11,574 nucleotides of DNA from Octopus sinensis (GCF_006345805.1 NW_021826943.1:1-11574), one strand, 5' to 3'; shown: positions 1 to 8,112, counted from the stretch's first letter. Program-made: numbers and translations. Notes: generated from the sequence alone by a model not told the origin.

Positions 1-75
1 CACCAACACACCCACACACACAACACACCCACACACACACAACACACCCACCACATATATATATATATATATATA
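1..75. repeat. CA/CACCA-rich plus (TA)n microsatellite
   Basis: Directly visible simple repeats. Confidence 0.9.
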
Positions 76-340
76 AACAATTAAGATTCAAGTGAGTTTT
101 AATGAATTCACATGAATGCGGTACTTAACTTAGATCCACCAGAAATCTATATGGTATTAACCATAAAATAATGTGGGGTGATTATAAACAAGAAAAAAGC
201 AACAAGAATGGATTAGTTGTTCAGTACAATTGTTTCATACGAAGAACAGCTTTATTAAAAGCTGCAAATATTGCAGCAAATACAAGTGTCCCGTATTCAT
301 CAGCCAAAACACATATGAGTTTTACAAACATCCTAGGAGG

Positions 341-803
341 TGAGGCTGCACTCATGAAGTGTCGAAGAGACTTCTATGAAAAGCAAAGTTAGATTGTAAG
401 CAGACTTCAAAAGTACTCTAATGATGCACAGTTTTATAAAAGGCTTTTTAAAAAAAACTTCATTGATTTCTTTTGAGACTTCTTTTAGCCAATATAGTCA
501 ATCTCTTCTTCCAAAGTAGTTTTGTGAAACGAATAGAAGTGTGATCAACATCTTCTCATATATCAGGAAAGTACATCTCATATTATGGATACATTCATCT
601 TCTCTGAGTATGAAATATTTCCTCATATCTCCGGAAATTACACCTGCATTATTATGGATGGATTTTCCTTTTCTGTGAAGCTAACAAACATTTTTACAAA
701 ACTTTTATAAAACTGTGCATCATTAGAGAACTTTTGAAGTCTGCTTACAATCTAACTTTGCTTTTCATAGAACTCTCTTCGATACTTCATGAGTGTAGCC
801 TCA
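341..803. mobile_element. MITE (non-autonomous DNA transposon) with 102-bp terminal inverted repeats
   Basis: 341-442 is the reverse complement of 702-803 with 4 mismatches (positions 348, 361, 371, 415 of the left arm). The 259-bp interior is non-coding. The right end is followed by TA, the left end is not, so the TSD and superfamily are unresolved. Confidence 0.85.
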
Positions 804-843
804 TATATATACATAAGCATATCGTACATACTATTCACATGCG

Positions 844-909
844 CAAAATACATTAAAGAACATCATTGAACAATATATTACATTACATTGGGTTCTTTAA
901 TGTATTTTG
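844..909. repeat. Perfect 18-bp inverted repeat with 30-nt spacer
   Basis: CAAAATACATTAAAGAAC (844-861) / GTTCTTTAATGTATTTTG (892-909). Confidence 0.8.
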
Positions 910-1213
910 ATTTTAGAAGGAGACAAGTATTTAGAGTTGCATCTATACCTATGATCGGATTTTATTAGGGCCCCATATGGTAAAGATGTGAATGGGAAAA
1001 ATGTGCGTAGAGGGTGACGCGCTAGCAACCCTCTCCCCTTACTGTTTTACAAAGTAAACAACAACATAAATAACTACGCAGAGGCAGCCATAGTTGTAAC
1101 AAGAACAAGAACAACAAGCATTATTAAAGGAGAAAAGAAGCATGGTCATTCCTTACCCAAGTAACCTCACCTTATCACCCGTCACTTGTTATGCGCTCAT
1201 AAATTAGTTTGAA

Positions 1214-1287
1214 AGTTGAGCTCTGATTAGCTGTATGCAAATGAGTTCAAAACTGGGGTCCGACAAAAAATTTCGCTGGCGGCTCTA
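1214..1287 (+). repeat. Solo, internally deleted copy of the ~75-85 bp interspersed repeat also at 10343-10416 (-) and 11321-11395 (+)
   Basis: Shared AGTTGAGCTCTGATT(A/G)GCTGTATGC(A/G)AATGA...ACTGGG(G/A)TCCG...AAAAAATTTCGC with the 11321 copy. Confidence 0.75.
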
Positions 1288-1347
1288 AAGAAATGGAAGA
1301 TGATTTAAAATTTTGGCAGAAAGCCAGAAATTTAGTGGGGTGGGCCA

Positions 1348-1473
1348 GACGATTACATTGACCCCAGTGCTCAAAGAGATGAAGGGTAAAGTCGACACTG
1401 GCAGCAATTCGACTCTGAACGTAAAGGCGGACGAAATGCTGCTAAGTTGTTTGCCTGGTGAGCCAACGATTCT
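1348..1473 (-). mobile_element. Diverged, partially deleted tRNA-derived SINE fragment (same family as 1473-1695)
   Basis: Aligns with the adjacent copy (GATTACATTGACCCCAGTGC, AAAGTCGAC, GAACGTAAAGGCGGACGAAATGCTGCTAAG). It lacks the extreme 5' end and part of the core. Confidence 0.7.
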
Positions 1474-1695
1474 TATTTCTTTACTGCCCTCAAGGGGCTA
1501 AACATAGAGGGGCCAAACAAGGACAGACAAACAGATTAAGTCGATTATATCGACCCCAGTGCATAACTGGCACTTATTTAATCGACCCCGAAAGATGAAA
1601 GGCAATGTCGACCTTTGAACTCAGAACGTAACGGCAGACGAAATACCGCTGAGAATTTCGCCCGGCGTGCTAACGTTTCTGCCAGCTCGCCACCT
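1473..1695 (-). mobile_element. tRNA-derived SINE (cephalopod type, central domain resembling the Meta domain)
   Basis: Minus strand has A-box-like TGGCAGAAACG and partial B-box GAGTTCAAA, then GCCTTTCATCTTTCGGGGTCGATTAAATAAGT. Family assignment is from recall of octopus SINEs. Confidence 0.8.
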
Positions 1696-1957
1696 TAAGG
1701 AAATAGAAAATATTAACAATTGAACATTGCGGGAATCCGAACCCAATCAAAACATAATTTTGTTTCTTTTTACTTTACATTAAATTTTATTTTAATGAGT
1801 TCAATATGACCGTCAATGAGGGAAGTCCCCGCCCTTTCAAATGCAAACCGGTCAAACGTGTTTTATATTTGTTATATACGACCGTGTCACCCACAATTAG
1901 TCCACAATACTTACTATCATGTGTCACTGAGCGGTAAGCAGCAGTAGCACTAGAACC

Positions 1958-2183
1958 ATCATCATCACCAACACCATCATCATCATCATCAACATTAACA
2001 TCAATAATCCTCACCCCACAACAGTCCCCATCAGCAATCATCCCCGTCGCCGTCCACACCCTTACTATCTACCTTGATCATTAATTACAATTCCTGTCAT
2101 CGAACCATTATTATAATAAGGTACGACCTACACGACCATCATCTTCACAACTATCGTCACCAGCACCATCATCATCATCGTCG

Positions 2184-2216
<33 letters not shown>

Positions 2217-2220
2217 CCAT
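1958..2220. repeat. (CAT)n trinucleotide tracts (1958-1990 and 2161-2220)
   Basis: Directly visible. Source of the poly-His/poly-Asp pseudo-ORFs. Confidence 0.9.
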
Positions 2221-2274
2221 CCTCTTTCAGTGTTAATGACAGTATTCAATATTGCCATCGCCATTATTCGTATG

Positions 2275-2503
2275 CAGTAATCTCTCGACTATCGCGGGTG
2301 TTACGTTCCAACCTCTACCCTTCAGCGATTAGGCGAAAATCCGCGAAGTAGAAACAGTTTTGTACTGCATATTTTTAAAATTATTTTAATAACTTGTATA
2401 TATTTGTTTTATCATAAATGCAAAAACAACACCACGGAGGAATCGACGTAAGCTTAAATAATAAACCGCGATAGGTGATCCGCAATATGGCGAGGAATTA
2501 CAA
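2275..2503. mobile_element. Tigger/pogo-like (Tc1/mariner superfamily) MITE, ~229 bp
   Basis: Left end CAGTAATCTCTCGACTATCGCGG and right end CCGCAATATGGCGAGGAATTACAA form imperfect ~23-bp TIRs. TA follows the right end (2504-2505) and TG precedes the left. A CAGT start with TA target is typical of pogo/Tigger. Confidence 0.7.
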
Positions 2504-2560
2504 TAACCTCAGCTGCTGCTTTTGCCGCTATTGTTGTTGGTGTTGCTGTTATACCAACAC

Positions 2561-2881
<321 letters not shown>

Positions 2882-3040
2882 CGACAAGCTTTCAGTCTCT
2901 GTCTGCCAAATCTACTCACAAAGGCTTTGATCGGCCTATGGTTATATAAAAAGAAACTTGCCCAAGATGTCACGTACTTGGGACTGAACCCAAGATCGCA
3001 TTGTTGAGAAGCAAGCTTCTTACTAACACTGCTACGCCTG
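2882..3040 (-). mobile_element. 5' half of an older CORE-type SINE (family of 4501-4927)
   Basis: Aligns to 4761-4926 (TTTCAGT.TC.GTCT.CCAAATC.ACTCACAA, ACTTGCCCAAGATG.CACG, GGGACTGAACCC, GCAAGCT). The 3' half is absent beyond the (CA)n linker. Confidence 0.75.
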
Positions 3041-3131
3041 TCATATTTTTCCGATAACGCAAAATGTATTCGCTCCTTGGCTTAAATGTTGGTGTTAAGA
3101 ACCTGAATATTTAAGTCTCATATGAATTCCT

Positions 3132-3168
3132 TGATGATACTGATGATGATGATGATGATGATGATGAT
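3132..3168. repeat. (GAT)n microsatellite
   Basis: Directly visible. Confidence 0.9.
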
Positions 3169-3479
3169 AGTGGAGGTGGTGATGTTGACAGTGGTGATGA
3201 CGATAGATCGATGATTCACTGTGAAGGTGGTTATAAAAATGTGCTATCTCATTAGATTTTTTGATTATTTCTTTTGACAATTCTTTCCTTTTCTTTTTTT
3301 TTCTTCTCTTTCAAGAAATGAGTTATTTCTTCATATTGCTCTGACATTGTTCAATAACCTGTTTGGAACAATAACTCAACATCAGCTGGATCACAGGCCA
3401 AATAAATCTTTTTATTCTCGCAGACCGGTGGAACTTGTCCTCTATTTAGAATGACTGTAATTTCACCCAATTCTATGGC

Positions 3480-3645
3480 CCAACAATAGTCTCCTATAAC
3501 ATTTGCTGGTCTGTGTAGAATTAGTTTCACTAACAATTGAATTTATTTTTCGTGAAGATTGATGAGAAAGAATATGAAACTTAAATGACAGATTCAATGT
3601 AGAGAGTGCCATGTATAAACAGTAAGAAAAAAAAGACTTTACATA
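3480..3645 (-). pseudogene. Possible highly decayed Chapaev3-like transposase C-terminal remnant
   Basis: Minus strand YMALSTLNLSFKFHILSH...IVSE, then in a shifted frame ANVIGDYCW. This recalls YKALGCNMSLKIHFLHSH...AVSDE...NMMADYCW in the same order, but the EQGERFHQD block is missing. Confidence 0.3.
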
Positions 3646-3652
3646 ACCTTTC

Positions 3653-3735
3653 ACACACACAAACACACTGTTATACATAGGTTAATATCACACACACACA
3701 CACACACACACACACACCACACACACACCACACAC
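3653..3735. repeat. (CA)n microsatellite, interrupted
   Basis: Directly visible. Confidence 0.85.
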
Positions 3736-4500
3736 ATTGTTGACGTCATAGGAATTTATAAACTTTCGTCAGAAGGTGAAATCATTTTTTGAAGTGGATC
3801 TCGAAACACACAACTGCTATAAATAATAACTGGTAAATACCGAGTTGAAACATCGGGCAGCCTTTGATTTTTTCTATTCAAAATACCTTACTTTTATTTT
3901 ATATACGCACATAAAAGTATAAATACATGCGAAATCTTATTTCTCTTTAAAGTGAAAGAACAGCATAAAATATATCAATACACGGCCTCATTTTGTGAAA
4001 TAGATTCTACGCGAGCGCAATATTTCGTTTCGTTCCCACTTGATCTCGCTCTACATTCTAACTAAAGAACAAGCAACTTTTAGATCGAGATATTTACGTA
4101 TTTATGGCTGTATATATATATTGTCCCCTTATTTCTTTGTATTGCGCTCCTCGTGTTTGTAATACAATGATGGCAAAGTAAATACCTGTAACTTCAGAGC
4201 GAAATTAGCAATTTCAAACTGAACGCATTTAGCAAAACCTACACTGAGTTAAAATGCTTATTCCTTAAACAGTGTTTCGTTATGTTATGCCCAATAAACA
4301 ACTCCATGTGGACGTGGTACAAAGAAAACGGCAATCTATAATGGAGAGTGTATAATGACTTAGCTGTCCGAAACTTCGTAGTCACTCCCAATAACATTCT
4401 TGCGTAAGAATATTAAATTTGTACTCTACGAAAGTCTAGAGTAACCCATAAGATTAATTTAAAATTGTTTTTATTATAACTGAACATTATATATATATAT

Positions 4501-4927
4501 ACTCTTTTTACTCTCTCTTTTACTTGTTTCAGTCATTTGACTGCGACCATGCTGGAGCACCGCCTTTAGTCGAGCAAATCGACCCCGTGACTTATTCTTT
4601 GTAAGCCCAGTACATATTCTATCGGTCTCTTTTGCCGAACCGCTATGTGACGGGGACGTAAACACACCAGCATCGGTTGTCAAGCAATGCTAGGGGGACA
4701 AACACGCACACACAAACACACACACGCATACACACACACATATATATATATATACACATATACGACAGGCTTCTTTCAGTTTCCGTCTACCAAATCCACT
4801 CACAAGGCATTGGTCGGCCCGGGGCTATAGTAGAAGACACTTGCCCAAGATGCCACGCAGTGGGACTGAGCCCGGAACCATGTGGTTGGTTAGCAAGCTA
4901 CTTACGACACAGCCACTCCTGCGCCTA
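4501..4927 (-). mobile_element. Full-length tRNA-derived CORE-type SINE with internal (CA)/(TA) linker and (ACTCTTTT)-like tail
   Basis: Minus strand A-box-like TGGCTGTGTCG, B-box-like GGGCTCAGTCCC and CORE-like CTTGGGCAAGTGTC. A second near-full copy lies at 10655-11145. Both flanks are TA-rich. Confidence 0.9.
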
Positions 4928-4949
4928 TATATAATATAATATAATAAGA

Positions 4950-5188
4950 GATTGTCGGAAGCGACACCTACTGGTCTGACTACGCTGCATTGAAAAGGGG
5001 CAATACCCCGAAACGCGTCTGTAGCTGTCGGTCAAGTAGTGTGGAGCGACTGACCTCCCTTGTTCGAAGGTTATATGGATACAGTTTGTGTATCAAATAG
5101 CTAACTTAAGGCGATGGCCTCATGGAGCTAATAAGCGGACAGCTTTATTCTTATTTTTATAAGAATGCCATATTAGTATGGCGATAAC

Positions 5189-5190
<2 letters not shown>
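4950..5190 (+). mobile_element. Putative Penelope-like element pLTR/3' fragment (or retrozyme-like unit) carrying the hammerhead
   Basis: GC-richer, hairpin-rich island between two TA tracts containing a PLE-type minimal hammerhead. No RT or GIY-YIG ORF is present, so identity is inferred. Confidence 0.5.
4984..5025 (+). ncRNA. Minimal type I hammerhead ribozyme (U3-A8 variant, palindromic stem III)
   Basis: Stem I GCTGCA(4984-89)/TGTAGC(5020-25). Core TTGAAAA(4990-96). Stem II GGGG/CCCC with loop CAATA. GAAA(5010-13). Stem III palindrome ACGCGT(5013-18). GUC cleavage triplet, cut predicted after C5019. Confidence 0.8.
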
Positions 5191-5252
<62 letters not shown>

Positions 5253-5272
5253 TATATAATATATATTATATT

Positions 5273-5388
5273 AATTAGAGACAAAACCACTATTAGGCAA
5301 ATCAAACAATGAAAGACTTAAGCCAATACATATGTATTGGCTTAAGTCTTTCATTGTTGATTTGCCTAATGTGGTTTTGTCTCTAATT
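5273..5388. repeat. Spacerless palindrome, 59/57-bp arms
   Basis: AATTAGAGACAAAACC...GCCAATACAT|ATGTATTGGC...GGTTTTGTCTCTAATT with centre at 5331/5332. Only two single-base indels and no substitutions. Confidence 0.95.
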
Positions 5389-5418
5389 TAATATAATATA
5401 ATATTTTACTATAAAATT

Positions 5419-5474
5419 GGATTCGAGCTCACAACCTCACGATCGTAAGATCGACGCTCTAACCACTGAGCCAC
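5419..5474 (-). mobile_element. Isolated tRNA-like SINE head (truncated after B box)
   Basis: Minus strand GTGGCTCAGTGGTTAGAGC (A box, D-stem GCTC/GAGC) ... GAGCTCGAATCC (B-box-like). There is no acceptor stem and the anticodon stem is poor, so it is not a tRNA gene. Confidence 0.65.
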
Positions 5475-5510
5475 TAACACACACACACACACATATATAT
5501 GTATACATAC

Positions 5511-5798
5511 AGGATGATGGCCGTCCACTCGTGTCCGAGGAAGACCAGTGCTGACCTTTAAGAACAATGTGCGCTCCGTTGATGGCTAATGAGCCTTGCT
5601 CTTGACAAGCATACACGACCTCAAACATTGCAAACTAAGCTTTCCCCATTCACTATGCTAGCAGTGCGCTTTCGAGCAGCACGTTTAAATTCTACATGCA
5701 GAATACGTGCCCTTTTAAAGGTGTCGACTCCCCTCCTTAATCTGCTTCCTCCATCTGTGGCGATGATAGACATTGCTCTCCCAATCGGTTTCCTGCAT
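5511..5798 (-). mobile_element. 5'-truncated RTE-clade LINE 3' end (ORF C-terminus plus short 3' UTR)
   Basis: With one frameshift: MQETDWESNVYHRHRWRKQIKEGSRH/FKRARILHVEFKRAARKRTASIVNGESLVCNV*GRVCLSRARLISHQRSAHCS*(stop 5558-5560). This matches the WE..A.DR..WR..I..G...FE..R...KR..RK...CxxCGR.C.SR.GL.SH.R.H pattern of RTE ORF ends. Confidence 0.8.
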
Positions 5799-5799
5799 G

Positions 5800-5945
5800 T
5801 ATGTGTGAATGTATGTGCATGTATGTATGTATATATATATGTATATTCGTTTGTTCAGTCGTTTATACATACATATATACATACATATATATATATGAAT
5901 GTGCACGCACGTAATCACACACACACACACACACACATACTTACA

Positions 5946-5994
<49 letters not shown>

Positions 5995-6002
5995 TATGTA
6001 TA
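5800..6002. repeat. (TACA)/(TA)/(CA) compound microsatellite
   Basis: Directly visible. Confidence 0.9.
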
Positions 6003-6469
6003 TAGCAAAAAAGGGGGTGCATTTCCTCGCAGGAAAAAAATTTTGACAAATTTGTTGTTGAAACACTTGTAATTGTTTTAAAATAAATTTATTTACATAT
6101 TTACCAAACTAGTTTCAACAATACTTTTTTGTTTATCAGTGGTAAAAATTTAGAATTATGGATTAGAAAAACATGTTTAAAAGTTTCAATGTTGACAAGT
6201 TTAAATGTTCATGACAGTCAATAATATAAAAACAGTTGATCAACTTGTCTAACCCTTGGTCTACCAGAGAAAATATATGCCACTAATCACCAACTGGGTC
6301 CAATGGACCCAATATTTTTCTTTTAATTAAATTTTTATTCAAACCACTACTATTTCTTAGCCACATTATATATGCTATCAGGTGAATGAAGAATTACTGT
6401 TCCTCACAAATTTTTATAATACAGCTTACAGAATAAGTTAGAAAATTTTAAAATTACAAAAATACGGAA

Positions 6470-7950
6470 TTACTGCTCTTCATGGCAGTGAATGCAAACG
6501 ACATTGGAATATTCTTGGCAAACATGGATATTACAATTCTTACATGTAATACGAGTTTCCCTGTCTTTTTCTGGGCCACACAAAGAACATCTTCGGTTTT
6601 TTCTTTAGCTGAGGAATCTCTAATGAGGTTGAAGATTGTCTTCTTTTCTTGTTTGGTTGAGAAATGTTAGCGGAACTCGAAGATTGTTTCTCATGTTCTT
6701 GTTTAGCATTAACTCCAGCAAGTTCCTTTCCTAACTGAATTAGGCACTGTCTTCTTCTATCCTTGAAACTTAGCAAGTGAAGCTGTTTAAAAACAATGAA
6801 AGCATTCACTGCACTTATATCAATCATGTTGTCTATAATATAAATTGGATCATTGTATTCTTTCTTGTCTTGAGGTTCACAGCCAAACGGCTGGGTGGAT
6901 TCGCGTGTAAAAAGGGCACACATGTGGAGATGGGTGCATAGATTGGAATGCGGTTTGTAGTTTTTTTCTAGCCCCCATACTTATTGAGAAAATCGATTAA
7001 AACATTTTCTAATGGAATTCCCCTGTTTGTTCTGCCATTAAAGCAACCAACTGCTCGCACAGCCGGTATATACCATTTCGCTAGCAACAAGGGGAGTACA
7101 GGATGATAGTCAGCCAAAACTTTCGCTATGCTGTTTCTCTTCTTTCACCTCTTTGTGGGGTTAATAATCTTGATCTTTAGTTAGTTTCTCATTGAAACTA
7201 CATAATAGGCAGAATTGTCAGATTAAGACAGTAGGGTGTTTTGAGGGAGATTTGCCTGCTTCTAGCTACCATGTACACGCCTGAACTTAATTTTCATTCA
7301 CATATGCCTAACCGAAAACGATCACAGCCACATCATCCAAACAGACCGGGTGAAACCGGACTTAGCTGCTAGTAGAATATAACCAAACACCATCTTCGAG
7401 TCATTCTTTTGCAAGTGCATGTCATTACCATCGTATCTTGGGTGTCTACTTCTTTTGTTTTGTTGTAATATGTAATAACTTCAGATTTTTTTTTCAGTAC
7501 TTTTTGAATCAATTGAAGGCTGAGACTGCATTGTACTAATAAGTGTGACTACATAATTTTCCTAGGGACAATAAGATAGGGTCATAGAATCCTTTTGGAA
7601 TCCTAAAATTTCGTGCTGTTGATTTCTCTTTCTTTTCCATTTGTGAAAGCACTTGGAAATTGAACTCTGTTCTTTTTAATAGTTCCAACTAAATTAGTTT
7701 TCTTGCTAAGCAGTTTTTCAGTCAATCTTAGACATGCAAAAAAATTATCACAAATTATATTGCGACCAGTTTTTTTCAAGTTCTCTTACTAGGCTTTCAA
7801 CAACTCTTGAACTTTGATTTGTCTCTCTCCCTTTTACTGGGTCTCTTCCAGTGGAGATATGCATTTTCCAGTCATAAGATGTTTCCCTGTCACATATTGC
7901 CCAAATTTTAATTCCATATTTCCCTGGTTTTGAAGGAATATATACCCGTG
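6470..7950 (-). pseudogene. piggyBac (PGBD-like) transposase pseudogene, C-terminal half
   Basis: Across frameshifts: RVYIPSKPGKYGIKIWAICD, GRNIICDNFF (D codon 7747-7749), VGTIKKNR, YYNKTKEVDTQD (D codon 7444-7446), KRMTRRWCLVIFY|NMIDISAVNAF, and Cys-rich tail RRCSLCGPEKDRETRITCKNCNIHVCQEYSNVVCIHCHEEQ* (stop 6470-6472). It has several frameshifts, a stop codon and an insertion. Confidence 0.92.
6832..7372 (+). mobile_element. Non-autonomous Helitron, 541 bp, inserted in the piggyBac transposase
   Basis: 5' TCTATAATATAAA, 3' CTAG followed by T, and subterminal hairpin CCGG-GTGAAA-CCGG (7346-7359). No TSD. Excising it restores GTT ATA TTC TAC AAC ATG (VIFYNM) in frame on the minus strand. Confidence 0.85.
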
Positions 7951-8112
7951 GCAGATAATACAGGCACTCCCCACCCACGCGCAGTTATTAAACATAGACA
8001 CACAAAGGGGTATACGCATGCGCAAATAAAGACACATACAATACGTATACAAAATACAAAATGGCTGATCGTTAGTAAGGAGAAACACACAAGTAAGAGA
8101 GAAGAAAGCAAA

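Larger units (their letters stand above)
6253..7950 (-). mobile_element. Decayed piggyBac DNA transposon (3' half plus one terminus)
   Basis: Terminus CTAA|CCCTTGG at 6249-6259 (degenerate TTAA|CCC) and subterminal palindrome GGGTCCA-A-TGGACCC (6296-6310). Transposase remnants lie on the minus strand. The other terminus is not found. Confidence 0.85.

Noticed and set aside
297-303. CTGATGA on the minus strand as a hammerhead core
   Set aside because: No GAAA after the possible stem II.
171-392. 73-aa ORF as a host exon
   Set aside because: It runs into the MITE arm, has no recognisable motif and no convincing splice sites.
1009-1034. AGAGGGT/ACCCTCT hairpin
   Set aside because: A 7-bp stem with no supporting context; expected by chance.
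3351-3536. 61-aa ORF as a host exon (CAG acceptor at about 3511)
   Set aside because: Only a weak GTTATT donor is available and there are no partner exons. A transposase relic explains part of it at least as well.
3742-3772. CTGACGA...GACGTC on the minus strand as a hammerhead
   Set aside because: GAAA is absent and stems I and II are unconvincing; too decayed to support.
5419-5474. tRNA gene
   Set aside because: No acceptor stem, anticodon stem does not pair in register, truncated after the B box; SINE head is the better call.
6834-7382. Apparent 10-bp TSD (TATAATATAA / TAGAATATAA) around the piggyBac insertion
   Set aside because: The first copy is the Helitron's own 5' end. Exact frame restoration requires no duplication.
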